Notes: generated by a model from the sequence alone, not told the origin. A stretch of DNA of 64,000 nt from an uncultured Planctomycetia bacterium (GCA_964634935.1 CAZWJT010000001.1:160949-224948); one strand, 5' to 3'. Positions 29,681-41,985 are shown, counted from the stretch's first letter. A program made the numbers and translations.

Positions 29681-29881
29681 TTAGTGTTTTATCCCTCGCA
29701 GTTTACAGTCTCGAATCCAACTATCGATATCGTTCTTATCAAACCTCCAGACCTTACCGATCTTTATTCCGGTAATTTTCTTGGCATGGAGCCAGTTATA
29801 GATAGTTTGCTTTTTAAGTCCGAGGTAATCGGACAGCTCGTCAATTGTGAGTAACGTTGAAGGAATTCTGCGTCGTATCAT
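29681..29881 (-). CDS. Small HTH DNA-binding protein (excisionase/MerR-like HTH_17 type)
   Basis: 66 aa: LLTIDELSDYLGLKKQTIYNWLHAKKI...GKVWRF has a helix-turn-helix signature. Its stop overlaps the pilMN start. Confidence 0.6.
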   Translation of the reverse strand: MIRRRIPSTLLTIDELSDYLGLKKQTIYNWLHAKKITGIKIGKVWRFDKNDIDSWIRDCKLRGIKH

Positions 29882-29926
29882 CTTATTTACTTTTACTTAC
29901 TTGTATCATAAGAACGTTGCATCTGT

Positions 29927-29955
29927 ATTTAAATACTTTTATTTATGTGTGTCAA
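29927..29955 (-). promoter_or_regulatory. Candidate promoter for the HTH-pil operon (TTGACA -35 on the minus strand)
   Basis: A perfect TTGACA sits on the minus strand at 29950..29955, with an A/T-rich -10-like TATTTA ~17 nt downstream. It lies in the 190-nt AT-rich gap between aroC and the HTH gene. Confidence 0.3.
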
Positions 29956-30071
29956 GTATTTTTTTATACTTTTTGTACATACTACACAATGTTTGGTCAT
30001 CTTATGAATAAATACACAATATATAGCGTATTATGAACTGATTTATTTTTTAAGAAAACAGGAAGAACTGC

Positions 30072-31208
30072 TCAGAGAGGCTTTTGACTCGCCCGGAAAG
30101 CAGATTGAATCTGCTGCAAAGTATCAGCAGAAAATTTTTGAAGGAAGAAATTCGCCAGAACATAACTCAGCATCGCTTCCGCCACAACGCCACACGCAGA
30201 AAGAGCAATCGTATCTGACCGTTCAATATGAGCCTTTTTTTCCTTCTTCGTCGTAAGCTCTACTGACGTTAAAGGACGGTACAATGTCGCGATAGGCTTC
30301 ATAGCGACTCGCATCATAAGAGGCTCTCCAGTTGTCATACCTCCTTCGATGCCTCCCGAGTTATTACTGCGATGGTAGAAACCGCCCTTCTGAGAGTAAT
30401 AGATCGCATCATGACTCTTTGAACCAAACGCCTTCGCATACGAAAATCCCAATCCAATCTCAACGCCCTTCACTGCGGGTATTGAACCTAATGCCTCAAA
30501 AATTGCCGCATCTATCCGTCTATCCCAATGCATGCAGCTACCTAACCCGGGAGGAACCTGATAGGCAAGAATTTCAATAACACCCCCCAGGGAATCACCG
30601 TGATCCCGCGCATAATCAATCAACTGCATTATTTTCTTTTCTGCGATAGGATCAACACAACCGATAGAAGACTTACGTAAGGCTTTCTCAAAAAGATGGA
30701 CACTGGGAGTTTTCGCGAATGGCTTTACTGTGATATTGCCGACTGCGGTAACATGACTCAAAACTCTGATCTTAAAACACTCGAGAAACTGCTTACAGAA
30801 AGCCCCAACAACTACCCTGCACGCTGTTTCCCGAGCAGAAGCACGCTCTAGAATATTCCGCAAATCAGTTTCTCTATATTTAAGCGCTCCGGCTAAATCC
30901 GCATGCGCAGGCCGCGGTATGGTAATCGGAGAAAGAGCGTCTGTTTGGAAAGGAGAAATTCTTGCGTCTTTATTCTTAATAAAAAACGCTATCGGACTCC
31001 CCAGGGTAATTGAGCCGCGAAGTCCGGAAATGACCTGGACAGTGTCCTGTTCAATCTTCATTCTTTCGCCTCTTCCATAACCACCCTGCCGTCGAGCAAG
31101 TTCTTGATTGATATATTCTCTGCGTATAGGGATACCCTTAGGCAAGCCTTCAAGAATACCAGCTAAAGCTTCTCCATGAGATTCTCCGGCGGTTAAGAAT
31201 CGTATCAT
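30072..31208 (-). CDS. aroC: Chorismate synthase
   Basis: AGESHG N-terminal motif, GGRSSARET-like and RSD...A motifs; 378 aa. Confidence 0.9.
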   Translation of the reverse strand: MIRFLTAGESHGEALAGILEGLPKGIPIRREYINQELARRQGGYGRGERMKIEQDTVQVISGLRGSITLGSPIAFFIKNKDARISPFQTDALSPITIPRPAHADLAGALKYRETDLRNILERASARETACRVVVGAFCKQFLECFKIRVLSHVTAVGNITVKPFAKTPSVHLFEKALRKSSIGCVDPIAEKKIMQLIDYARDHGDSLGGVIEILAYQVPPGLGSCMHWDRRIDAAIFEALGSIPAVKGVEIGLGFSYAKAFGSKSHDAIYYSQKGGFYHRSNNSGGIEGGMTTGEPLMMRVAMKPIATLYRPLTSVELTTKKEKKAHIERSDTIALSACGVVAEAMLSYVLANFFLQKFSADTLQQIQSAFRASQKPL

Positions 31209-31211
31209 ATG

Positions 31212-32051
31212 TTACCGAAAGAAAAGGTTAATAATCTGTTCTCCAAAAAATACCGCAACGACCACTCCAATCGACAGAAACGGCAGATACGCGATCAAAT
31301 GAGATTTTTTCCGGATTAATATGTATACTCCAAAAAGAAGCGAAATGACCGGAGCAAGGAAAAAGACAAGAAGCGCTATTTTCCACCCTAAAAATCCTCC
31401 AACCATGCCAATAAAATCAACGTCACCAAGGCCTAAGCTTTCTCGCTCTCCCTCAATAGAATCTTTTTTCCGGAAAAGCAAATACAATTCAAGCCCGAAA
31501 TCACCGATTAATTTGAAAAAATAAACAAACCCCAGCCCGATAAAAATTCCCAACAAACTGTCGACGAGCGGAATCTGATAAAAATCAGTATGCATGAAAA
31601 GTGTCTCATAGAAAAGAACCCCTGACTGGATAAAAGCGATCGAAACCGCGGCCAAAATTCCAAGAACGCATAAGTATGCAGGAATAGCCCGGAAGTCGAT
31701 ATCAATGAACGAAACAACGATGCAAAAGCTAAAAAGCAGAATGATCTTAAAAAATTCAACGTGCAACCCAAACCGCAAATATGTCAGAACAAAAAGAGCG
31801 GCGGTCAAGAACTCAACTAAGAAATACCGGAAAGAAATCTTCTGGCGGCAGGAGCGGCACTTTCCGCAAAGCCAAAGATAACCGACCAGAGGAATATTGT
31901 CGTGCCACTTGAGCGGAGTTTTGCAGTTGGGACAAAATGAAAAAGGAAACACGATCGACATCTCCCGGGGAAGCCGAAAAATACAAACGTTTAGAAAACT
32001 ACCGATACAACTGCCGGCAACAAAAACTATGATTGCTTCAAGTATTTTCAC
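31212..32051 (-). CDS. pilD: Prepilin peptidase PilD (A24 family)
   Basis: N-terminal Cys-rich CxxC...CxxC zinc motif (CPNCKT...CGKCRSC) and the polytopic A24 aspartic peptidase core; 279 aa. Confidence 0.85.
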   Translation of the reverse strand: MKILEAIIVFVAGSCIGSFLNVCIFRLPREMSIVFPFSFCPNCKTPLKWHDNIPLVGYLWLCGKCRSCRQKISFRYFLVEFLTAALFVLTYLRFGLHVEFFKIILLFSFCIVVSFIDIDFRAIPAYLCVLGILAAVSIAFIQSGVLFYETLFMHTDFYQIPLVDSLLGIFIGLGFVYFFKLIGDFGLELYLLFRKKDSIEGERESLGLGDVDFIGMVGGFLGWKIALLVFFLAPVISLLFGVYILIRKKSHLIAYLPFLSIGVVVAVFFGEQIINLFFR

Positions 32052-32905
32052 AAAGCACTCTGCAATTCTTTGAGTACTAATTCTTCTTTATCCATAAAAC
32101 TCTTTCCAAACCAAATCTCTAAGGCCAGAAGCCCCTGATAGAGCAACATCGAGAGTCCATTCATCACGAAAGCTCCTCTCTTCTCAGCATACCGCAAAAG
32201 ACTGGTTTTGCAAGGATTGTAAATCACATCGTACACTATCATTCCTGGATGGATCAACCGCGAATCAATAGGCAAAGAATCTTTCTTGCTCATACCGAGT
32301 GGTGTTGTATTGATTAAAAGCTGAATCTGCTTTGTATCAACTGCATCCGGCTTCGGTATAGCCGCGATTTGACAGTCAGGGAAAAATGTGCGCAAACGCC
32401 GAGCCTGGATCAACGCCTTTTTTGTGTCAATATCATATAAATATACGGAAGAAACCCCAGAAAGCGCGCAAGCGTATGAAATAGCCTTACAGGCTCCTCC
32501 AGCCCCCAGGATAAGTGTTTTTTTCCCGGCGAATGAAAATCCTTCTTTCACGAGCGACAGATAAAATCCGCGGCTATCGGTATTAAATCCGTAACTTTTC
32601 CCGTTCTCAAATTTTACCGTATTCACCGCCCCTATTTTCTTGGCGTCCTTGCTCAAAACATCGATGAAAGGAATGACCGCTTCTTTATGGGGAATAGTAA
32701 TGTTGCACCCTTTCAAACCGAGCGTCAGCGCGCCGATGAACGCCTTTTCCAGCCATGCGGCTTCAACAGGAAAACAAAGGTACAAAGCATCTAGGGCAGA
32801 AATTTTAAAAATGTAGTTATGGATGAACGGTGAGAGCGAATGGCTGACCGGAAAGCCGAAAAGTCCGTAGCAAGCTGTTTTACTTGTAATTTTCATATTT
32901 ACCAT
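32048..32905 (-). CDS. aroE: Shikimate dehydrogenase
   Basis: GFPVSHSLSP substrate motif and GAGGA NADP-binding motif. The start is uncertain (ATG at 32905 or 32896). Confidence 0.8.
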   Translation of the reverse strand: MVNMKITSKTACYGLFGFPVSHSLSPFIHNYIFKISALDALYLCFPVEAAWLEKAFIGALTLGLKGCNITIPHKEAVIPFIDVLSKDAKKIGAVNTVKFENGKSYGFNTDSRGFYLSLVKEGFSFAGKKTLILGAGGACKAISYACALSGVSSVYLYDIDTKKALIQARRLRTFFPDCQIAAIPKPDAVDTKQIQLLINTTPLGMSKKDSLPIDSRLIHPGMIVYDVIYNPCKTSLLRYAEKRGAFVMNGLSMLLYQGLLALEIWFGKSFMDKEELVLKELQSAL

Positions 32906-33338
32906 AGACGATTTCCCAGAAATATCTCCAGTGAATATCCTCAAAGTAGGAAAAATCGCTGTATTTACTTAAGAGATACTTTTTAATCTCTGATTTGGTC
33001 CGGTATTGTTTTTTCGCGAAAAAGCCACCGCTGAGCGGCTGATAGAGCATATTCCAGAAATGACGCCAATCTTCGCTCTCAAATTTTCCAAAAACCGTTG
33101 GCAAGAATTGGACGAGCGTTTCTTCCTTATCAACGAACGTAATCGGCATTTTTCGCTCGGGAACAAACTCGGTTGAAATATTTTCCCGAAGAGCGGCGGA
33201 TTTTTGCGGAAAGATTGTTGAGAAGAAATACTGAGTCTTGTATCGAATCTCAAAAAAGATACTGTCTCGAGACTGCAGAATCAGAACAAAAATACCGACT
33301 ACAACCAGAACTGCAAAAACATTCCATACATATTTCAT
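32880..33338 (-). CDS. Hypothetical membrane-anchored protein
   Basis: Single N-terminal TM segment, then a W/F/Y-rich soluble region. I recognise no family. Confidence 0.35.
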   Translation of the reverse strand: MKYVWNVFAVLVVVGIFVLILQSRDSIFFEIRYKTQYFFSTIFPQKSAALRENISTEFVPERKMPITFVDKEETLVQFLPTVFGKFESEDWRHFWNMLYQPLSGGFFAKKQYRTKSEIKKYLLSKYSDFSYFEDIHWRYFWEIVYGKYENYK

Positions 33339-33343
33339 CTGAC

Positions 33344-34843
33344 CTAGATGAGTTTGCTCAAGGCATCAAGGTATGCTTTTGCTGAAGCCTCAACAATATC
33401 CGTACTTGAACCAAATCCGCTTGCCCGACGCTTCTTTATCGACAACTCAACGCGCACTTTCCCCACGGCGTCTGTTCCTTGAGTAATCGCCTCAAGTGAA
33501 TAATGTTCTAGCTTGGGCTTTACTTTGAGAGCTTTACTCATGGCCTGGAAGCTTGCATCAACGGGACCGTCCCCGGTAGAACTCTTTTCCAAATATTGAG
33601 ACTTGTATTTTATTTTTACCTGTGCCCGAGGAACACAATTGGTGCCACTATGAAATTCAAGGGCAACGAGTTTTATCGAATCGCGATGCACCTGTATCGC
33701 TTCTTCAGCAAGAGCGATAATGTCTTCATCAAAAATTTCCTTCTTCTTATCGGCTAATACCTTGAACCGGGCAAAAACAGCTTCGAGTTGCTTCTCGGTA
33801 AGAGGAAAACCAAGCTCCGTAAGCCTTTTCCCAAAAGCATGCCTCCCTGAGTGTTTACCGAGCACAAGTCGCGTCTCAACACAGCCAATCGTACTTGGAT
33901 CCATAATTTCATACGTGGTTCTTTCTTTGAGGATTGCGTCTTGGTGAATTCCGGATTCATGACGGAACGCATTAGCGCCAACGATAGCTTTATTCGGTGG
34001 AACTACAAAACCAGTTAAATTACTCACTAATTTTGATGTTTTCAAAATCTCCTGAGTATGGATAGCTGTGCTTATCCCCGGAAAAACATCGGTACGGGTA
34101 TGCAATGCCATTACAATTTCCTCCAGTGAAGCATTCCCTGAACGCTCTCCTATGCCATTTACCGTGCAGTGCACTTGACGCGCTCCGGATAAGATCCCCG
34201 AGAGCGAATTTGCCGTAGCCAGCCCTAAATCATTGTGACAGTGAACCGAAATAACTGCCTGATTGATGTTCGGAACGTTATTGCGAATATCCCGGATAAG
34301 TTGTTCCATCTCCTGGGGATAACTGTATCCTACGGTATCTGGAATATTGATTGTCCGGACCCCTTCCCCGATAACCGTCTCAATAATCCGGAAAAGAAAA
34401 TCCCGAGAAGTACGGGTGGCGTCTTCCGGAGAAAACTCAACATCATCGCAAAGGTTCCGAGCAAACACAGCATGGGCTTTTGCTATCTCTAAAATCTCTG
34501 ATTCAGGCTTTTTGAATTTATAAGTCAGGTGTATTTTTGAAGTTGCCAGAAAAATGTGCAGTCTCGGTTTTTTCGCCTTCCGTACCGCAGCGTGGGCTTC
34601 CTCTATGTCTTTCTTGACGCACCGGGCAAGAGCACAGACAGAAACGCGCTTAATGGTTTGGGCAATGGTTTTTACCGCGGAAAAATCTCCGGGGCTTGCC
34701 ACGGGAAAACCAGCTTCCAGAACATCAACGCCCAATTGTTCAAGCTGCCGAGCAACTTTTACTTTCTCGGCCGAAGTAAGCGAGGCCCCGGGCGCTTGCT
34801 CCCCATCTCGAAGCGTCGTATCAAATATGATAACTCTCTCCAT
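33344..34843 (-). CDS. leuA: 2-isopropylmalate synthase (LeuA/CimA family)
   Basis: DTTLRDGEQ motif, the HxH motif (HCHNDLG), and a C-terminal LeuA dimerisation/regulatory domain; 499 aa. Confidence 0.85.
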   Translation of the reverse strand: MERVIIFDTTLRDGEQAPGASLTSAEKVKVARQLEQLGVDVLEAGFPVASPGDFSAVKTIAQTIKRVSVCALARCVKKDIEEAHAAVRKAKKPRLHIFLATSKIHLTYKFKKPESEILEIAKAHAVFARNLCDDVEFSPEDATRTSRDFLFRIIETVIGEGVRTINIPDTVGYSYPQEMEQLIRDIRNNVPNINQAVISVHCHNDLGLATANSLSGILSGARQVHCTVNGIGERSGNASLEEIVMALHTRTDVFPGISTAIHTQEILKTSKLVSNLTGFVVPPNKAIVGANAFRHESGIHQDAILKERTTYEIMDPSTIGCVETRLVLGKHSGRHAFGKRLTELGFPLTEKQLEAVFARFKVLADKKKEIFDEDIIALAEEAIQVHRDSIKLVALEFHSGTNCVPRAQVKIKYKSQYLEKSSTGDGPVDASFQAMSKALKVKPKLEHYSLEAITQGTDAVGKVRVELSIKKRRASGFGSSTDIVEASAKAYLDALSKLI

Positions 34844-34861
34844 AAGAACAACTTCAGAAAA

Positions 34862-35854
34862 CTATTTACGCATCCAAGGCATCATTTCCCGCAATTGTTG
34901 GCCGACTTTCTCAATCGGATGCTCATCTCCTGCTTTCAGAAGCGTGTTGAAATTGGGACGGCCGTTTTCGTTCTCGCGAATCCACTCTTTGGCAAATTTT
35001 CCGGATTTAATCTCCTTAAGAATTTTTTCCATTATTTTCCGGGTTTTTGCATTAATGATTCTTGGTCCACGGCTTAAATCTCCATAACAGGCGGTATTGG
35101 AAACTTTGCGGCGCATTCCGCTAATACCAAATTCTTGGATTAAATCGGTGATGAGCTTCAATTCGTGGAGAACTTCAAAATAAGCAATTTCCGGCTGATA
35201 CCCGGCAGAAACCAGCGTATCAAATCCAGCTTTGATAAGTTCGCTCACCCCTCCACATAACACGGCTTGCTCGCCAAACAAATCTGTTTCAGTTTCTTCT
35301 TCGAAAGTAGTCTCAATAACACCCGCCCGGGTCGCACGGAGAGCCTTTGCATACGCAAGCGCAAGCTGCTTAGCCTGGCCAGTCGCATCCTGAAAGACAG
35401 CGACGAGGCACGGAACACCCTTACCTTCTTCGTACATTTTCCGCACCAACGCTCCTGGGCCTTTTGGAGCAACCATAAAAACATCGATATCCTTGGAAGG
35501 TTTGATTTGCTTGAAACGGATATTAAAACCGTGCGAGAAACAAAGCGCCTTGCCTTTTTTCAAATACGGCTTTATTCCTTCTTTGTAAACTTTCGCCTGA
35601 ACATGATCCTGAGTTAAAATCTGGATAATATCTGCCGATTGAGCTGCCCCTGCGACTGAAACAGGAGGAAATCCGTCTTTACGGGCCTGCTCAAAGTTCG
35701 GAGTGCCTTCAAGTTCAGAAATAACAACCTTACACCCTGAATCCCGCAAGCACAGTGCTTGCCCCCGACCTTGAATGCCATAACCAATAATAGCAATCGT
35801 CTTGTTATTCAGCAATTCGAGATTTGCGTCTTGATCGTAATAAATTTTTGCCAT
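34862..35854 (-). CDS. ilvC: Ketol-acid reductoisomerase
   Basis: [11 protein letters not shown] Rossmann motif and the conserved KARI C-terminal knotted domain; 330 aa. Confidence 0.9.
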   Translation of the reverse strand: MAKIYYDQDANLELLNNKTIAIIGYGIQGRGQALCLRDSGCKVVISELEGTPNFEQARKDGFPPVSVAGAAQSADIIQILTQDHVQAKVYKEGIKPYLKKGKALCFSHGFNIRFKQIKPSKDIDVFMVAPKGPGALVRKMYEEGKGVPCLVAVFQDATGQAKQLALAYAKALRATRAGVIETTFEEETETDLFGEQAVLCGGVSELIKAGFDTLVSAGYQPEIAYFEVLHELKLITDLIQEFGISGMRRKVSNTACYGDLSRGPRIINAKTRKIMEKILKEIKSGKFAKEWIRENENGRPNFNTLLKAGDEHPIEKVGQQLREMMPWMRK

Positions 35855-35903
35855 AGCTTCCTCCTTCTGCTTCTGTTGTTTTGCGCTTTTTCAGATACGG
35901 TAA

Positions 35904-36377
35904 TTATTTTTCGATCACGATCTTTCCGGTTCTGACCAACTCAACAATGCCAAACGGCTTCAGAATCCCTAAACAATCACGGATATATTGGGTATCACCG
36001 ACGAGCTCCAAAATAACCATGCTTTTTTTCACTTCGCAGATACATTCTTTCAGGGTAACCCGCGCACGCCTCCAGAGCCCTTCCTTTCCTTTCTCAACTT
36101 TAATTTTTACCAGCACCAGTTCACGCCCAATATGCTCTTTCTTGGTAAAATCAACTACCGTGATCACATCGATCAATTTGTGAAGTTGTTTTTTAATTTG
36201 TTCCAGGATCTTTTCATCCTCTGCATTCACGATAATCGTCATGCATGAAATACTTGGATCCTGAGTTTCTCCGACCGCAAGAGACTCGATGTTGTAGCCA
36301 CGCGCAGAAAACAAAGAGGCTATGCGTGCAAGAACGCCGAACTTATTCTCAACGAGAGCTTGAATCGTATGTTTCAT
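35904..36377 (-). CDS. ilvN: Acetolactate synthase small (regulatory) subunit
   Basis: ACT domain start ([27 protein letters not shown]); 157 aa, overlapping the ilvB stop. Confidence 0.85.
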   Translation of the reverse strand: MKHTIQALVENKFGVLARIASLFSARGYNIESLAVGETQDPSISCMTIIVNAEDEKILEQIKKQLHKLIDVITVVDFTKKEHIGRELVLVKIKVEKGKEGLWRRARVTLKECICEVKKSMVILELVGDTQYIRDCLGILKPFGIVELVRTGKIVIEK

Positions 36378-38050
36378 GCCATCCCACCAATCATCCGGTT
36401 GATTGCTTCTCCGGCTGGAACCATGGGAAAAACATTTTCTTCGTCTTCTACCGAAAAATCCAAGAGCACCGGCCCTTGAATCGCGAGGGCTTCTTCAATC
36501 GCGGCGGTAACCTTCTTTTCATCGACAACTCTTATACCCCGAATACCATACCCCTGAGCAATTTTGACAAAATCGGGATTCTGCAAAATAGTTCCGGAAT
36601 AACGCCGCTTATAGAAGAGTTCCTGCCATTGCCTCACCATCCCTAAGCACCCGTTGTTCAGGATTGCTATTTTCACCGGGATATTATAGGCTGCAACCGT
36701 TGCTAATTCCTGAATATTCATCTGGATAGAACCATCGCCGGCAATATCGAAAACAATTTTTTTGGGGTTACCAATACTGGCCCCTATCGCCGCGGGAAAA
36801 CCAAATCCCATTGTGCCCAATCCGCCGCTCGAAATGAAATGCCGAGGGGCGTTGAACCGGTAAAATTGGGCTGCCCACATCTGATTCTGCCCGACTTCAG
36901 TTGTAATAATCGCCTGGCCTGATGTTAAACGACAAATCTCTTCAATAACATACTGGGGCTTAATCTTACCTTTTCCTTTGCGCGAGTAAACTAACGGGTA
37001 TTTCTTTTTATTTTCGAGGACTTCTTTCATCCATTCTTTTGTCTGAGGTTTCTGGTCCACCATTTGGAGTATCTGCGCTAAAATACTCTTGGCGTCTCCT
37101 ACAATCGGAACATCAACTTTAATATTCTTACTGATTGAGGTTGGATCTATATCAATATGCACAATTTTTGCGCTTGGCGCAAACGCGGCGATCTTCCCGG
37201 TAACCCGGTCATCAAATCTACACCCAACCGCGATAATTAAATCGGCATGGGTTAAGGCTAAGTTGGCGTACACGGTTCCATGCATCCCCGGCATGCCTAA
37301 AAAAAGTGGGTTTTCGGAAGGAAAAGCCCCTAACCCAAGCAGCGTTACCGTAACGGGAGCTTGTATTTTTTCGGCAAACTTCACCAATTCATTCTGCGCA
37401 GATGAAATGATAATACCCCCTCCAGCCATGATCACTGGTTTTTTTGCCCCGGCAATCAACCGTGCCGCTTTTTTCATTTGCCCCGGATGTCCGAAATAAG
37501 TCGGCTTATAACTCCTCAATTCTATGCTCTCGGGATAAAAAAACTCTGTTTCCTGCTGTTGTACGTCCACGGGGACATCAATAACGACTGGTCCAGGCCT
37601 TCCGGTAGAAGCGATAAAAAAAGCTTCTTTAATCGTTGCAGCAAGATCGTGTACGTTTTTTACCAAATAATTATATTTACTTATTGAACGTGTGATACCG
37701 ATTACATCAGCTTCCTGAAAAGCATCGTTCCCAATCAGGGAAGTTTTTACTTGTCCGGTGATTGCGATCATTGGCACAGAATCCATGTAGGCCGTCGCGA
37801 TTCCTGTAGTTAGATTAGTCGCTCCTGGGCCTGAAGTTGCCAAACAAACCCCAACCTTTCCCGTAGAACGAGCATACCCATCGGCCGCGTGAGCTGCAGC
37901 TTGTTCATGGCGGGTTAGAATAAACTTTAACCGAGAATCATAAAGAGCGTCAAAAAGCGGCAAGACAGATCCTCCCGGATACCCAAAAAGATACTCAACG
38001 CCTTCTTTGAGAAGACTCTCGATTATTATCTGTGAACCTTTCATAGCCAC
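36374..38050 (-). CDS. ilvB: Acetolactate synthase large subunit
   Basis: ThDP-dependent enzyme with the GDG...NN motif region ([14 protein letters not shown]...[12 protein letters not shown]) and an FAD-binding middle domain; 558 aa. Confidence 0.9.
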   Translation of the reverse strand: MAMKGSQIIIESLLKEGVEYLFGYPGGSVLPLFDALYDSRLKFILTRHEQAAAHAADGYARSTGKVGVCLATSGPGATNLTTGIATAYMDSVPMIAITGQVKTSLIGNDAFQEADVIGITRSISKYNYLVKNVHDLAATIKEAFFIASTGRPGPVVIDVPVDVQQQETEFFYPESIELRSYKPTYFGHPGQMKKAARLIAGAKKPVIMAGGGIIISSAQNELVKFAEKIQAPVTVTLLGLGAFPSENPLFLGMPGMHGTVYANLALTHADLIIAVGCRFDDRVTGKIAAFAPSAKIVHIDIDPTSISKNIKVDVPIVGDAKSILAQILQMVDQKPQTKEWMKEVLENKKKYPLVYSRKGKGKIKPQYVIEEICRLTSGQAIITTEVGQNQMWAAQFYRFNAPRHFISSGGLGTMGFGFPAAIGASIGNPKKIVFDIAGDGSIQMNIQELATVAAYNIPVKIAILNNGCLGMVRQWQELFYKRRYSGTILQNPDFVKIAQGYGIRGIRVVDEKKVTAAIEEALAIQGPVLLDFSVEDEENVFPMVPAGEAINRMIGGMA

Positions 38051-38160
38051 AAACCTTGAATTTTTCTCTTTATATTATCAATTTTGGGCTCTTTTGCAAT
38101 GTTTTTCTTGAATTTATCCAAAGAGCTAATGCCCAGGAAGAAAAATAATCGAGGATAAAC

Positions 38161-38197
38161 CAAAAACAAAAAAACCCGACAGCTGTTTTCTGCCGGG
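38161..38197 (-). terminator. Rho-independent terminator downstream of tRNA-fMet
   Basis: On the minus strand: CCCGGCAG-loop-CTGTCGGG hairpin (8-bp stem with one G·U pair) followed by TTTTTTTGTTTTTG. Confidence 0.5.
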
Positions 38198-38209
38198 TTA
38201 TGCATTTTA

Positions 38210-39902
<1,693 letters not shown>

Positions 39903-40026
39903 TCAATCGAAGTCAACTGTTTTATCGCTCAAAACTGTAGCGATAATATAAAAATATGGCGAAAAAATAAAAGTCCATGTACAATAATCACAGCGAATCG
40001 TGTGATACTCGCATCAGAAAAAGCAA

Positions 40027-41184
40027 ATGGATATAACGAAAGTAAGCGCCCCTTTCATACTCATTTCTCTCATTGGGATCTTCTGGCCATATACCCTCTA
40101 CCCGCTTATTCTTTTTGTCAAATCTTTTCGTAAAAAAACCCGTTGGTACGACGAAGCATTTTTACCGTCAGTAAGCATGATCATTACGGCGCATAACGAG
40201 GAACAGACCATCAGGGAAAAGATAGAAAATTCCCTTCATCTCGACTATCCTCGTGAAAAATTCCAATTAATTATCGCTTCTGACGCTTCAACTGACCGTA
40301 CGAACAGCATCGTCAGAGAATTCGCCGCTCAAGGAGTAATCCTGGTAGAACTTACGGCGCGAGCAGGAAAAACCGCAGCTCAGAACGCGTCGCTCTCCTA
40401 TGCCCAGGGAGAAATCGTTGTATTTTCTGACGCAACGACTTTATACCAAAGTCAAAGTGTCCGGAAACTCGTCCGTAACTTTGCCGAACCATGTGTTGGA
40501 TGCGTGGGAGGCAATTTAATTTATACGCTCGATAAGAAAAACTTCAATGTTGGTTCACAAAAATACTGGAATTTAGAAAAAACAATTAAATTGCTTGAGG
40601 CAAAAAACGGGATTCTTTTCGGTTTAAGCGGCTGTATGTACGCAGCCAGAAAACAGCTCTGCACCCCTCTCGATATCCGGGTAATGGAAGACTTAGGACG
40701 CCCGCTCTTAAGCTGCGCCCAGGGATTTCTGAACATCCTTGAGCCGGAAGCGATTTGTTTTGAAAAAGTGAATCCGACGATTCAATCTGAAATCATCATG
40801 CGGCAGAGAGTAATCAGCCGCACGGTCGTAACCTTAACGATACTCAGTCAAAAAATTTTATTCCATAAGAAACCTTTATTATTGTTTGCCATTGTATCCC
40901 ACAAGGTCATTCGCTATCTTCTCCCTTTTTTCACCCTGATGCTTGCCACAGGCTGTTTCTTAAACCAAACACCCATGCTCAATCAACTGATCCTACTTGT
41001 GTTGGGATACTCGCTCTTCTCATTCCTGATCATCCGCAGCGCATCGTTCCGTTTGCCTGGTATATTTTTTTATGCGATAACCATACCGGGTTATTTCTTT
41101 CTCTCAAATCTCGCCGTACTCAAAGCCTTTTTGGGTATAACGCAGAGAAAAAACGAAACCTTCTGGGAATCCCATCGCCCTTAA
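40027..41184 (+). CDS. Family 2 glycosyltransferase (membrane-associated, processive-type layout)
   Basis: N-terminal TM, GT-A domain with DxD-like motifs (IIASDAS...D, FSDAT), and C-terminal TM segments; 385 aa. Confidence 0.75.
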   Translation: MDITKVSAPFILISLIGIFWPYTLYPLILFVKSFRKKTRWYDEAFLPSVSMIITAHNEEQTIREKIENSLHLDYPREKFQLIIASDASTDRTNSIVREFAAQGVILVELTARAGKTAAQNASLSYAQGEIVVFSDATTLYQSQSVRKLVRNFAEPCVGCVGGNLIYTLDKKNFNVGSQKYWNLEKTIKLLEAKNGILFGLSGCMYAARKQLCTPLDIRVMEDLGRPLLSCAQGFLNILEPEAICFEKVNPTIQSEIIMRQRVISRTVVTLTILSQKILFHKKPLLLFAIVSHKVIRYLLPFFTLMLATGCFLNQTPMLNQLILLVLGYSLFSFLIIRSASFRLPGIFFYAITIPGYFFLSNLAVLKAFLGITQRKNETFWESHRP

Positions 41185-41221
41185 AAAGCTGATTATCTCT
41201 TCAGAGGAAAGAATCGGAAGC

Positions 41222-41641
41222 TTAACTGCTTAAGCAAATATTCAGAATATCCCGTATGCCGACAATACCCAACAGACGGCCTTTACGGGTAATAGGAAGC
41301 GTGTGAACATGATTTTGGCACATCACTGCCAAAGCATCCCAAATGGAAGCTTTACTCTCAAGGGAGATAACCTGAGAAGTCATAATATCTCGAACCGGCT
41401 TATTACGTAGAGCGTGAATCTGTTTGAAACTCTGAGAAGGAGAGTCCCTAAGGACTCTCGCAAGTCTTCCAAGAACATCGCTAATAGTGACGATGCCTAA
41501 TAGCCGCTTTCGCTTGTCAACAACCGGAATGCCGCTAATCCGATACCGTAGAAAAATATGGGCCACTTGCCGCAGAGAAGCTGACTGGGCAACGGTAAGC
41601 ACATGTTCTGTCATAACCTCAGAAAGCCGCACCTTCTTCAT
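41222..41641 (-). CDS. CBS domain pair protein
   Basis: Two CBS motifs (VMTEHVLTV...GIPVVD and IMTSQVISL...LPITRKGRLLGIV); 139 aa. It overlaps the PilZ stop. Confidence 0.7.
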   Translation of the reverse strand: MKKVRLSEVMTEHVLTVAQSASLRQVAHIFLRYRISGIPVVDKRKRLLGIVTISDVLGRLARVLRDSPSQSFKQIHALRNKPVRDIMTSQVISLESKASIWDALAVMCQNHVHTLPITRKGRLLGIVGIRDILNICLSS

Positions 41642-41985
41642 TGTTTCTGGCCGCTTACCCTTGCATTAATATACTCGATCAAATGCCGCACTACAGAAAA
41701 CGGGATATCAGCAAACTCAACTCCTACTTCAAAATAATCATTCCGGTCGCAACATTTGACCCAACGGACTACTACCAATGCTTCAAAATAAATATCTTTT
41801 TCACGAAAATCAAAACTCATCCGTATGATCGAACCTCGCGGCACAAATTTATGGGTATAGAATTTAAGACCCCCTTGTGAAATATCGCGGCTTAAGAATC
41901 GGTTGGTCTTTGTTTCGGGAACAACCCGGTAGGAAACAGCCCGGGAATCAGGGATACGGATAAACTTTCTGCGTTCTGGTACCAT
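41638..41985 (-). CDS. PilZ domain protein (c-di-GMP receptor)
   Basis: RRxxxR motif (ERRKFIR) and D-x-S-x-x-G motif (DISQGG) with a beta-barrel-like remainder; 115 aa, lying directly downstream of pilM. Confidence 0.65.
   Translation of the reverse strand: MVPERRKFIRIPDSRAVSYRVVPETKTNRFLSRDISQGGLKFYTHKFVPRGSIIRMSFDFREKDIYFEALVVVRWVKCCDRNDYFEVGVEFADIPFSVVRHLIEYINARVSGQKQ

Noticed and set aside
29882-30071. AT-rich 190-nt region between aroC and the pil HTH gene, as a possible small RNA or repeat element
   Set aside because: It contains short imperfect repeats (TACTTTTA, TGTACATACTACACAATG) but no stable structure or conserved motif I can support. More simply explained as the promoter/UP-element region of the pil operon.
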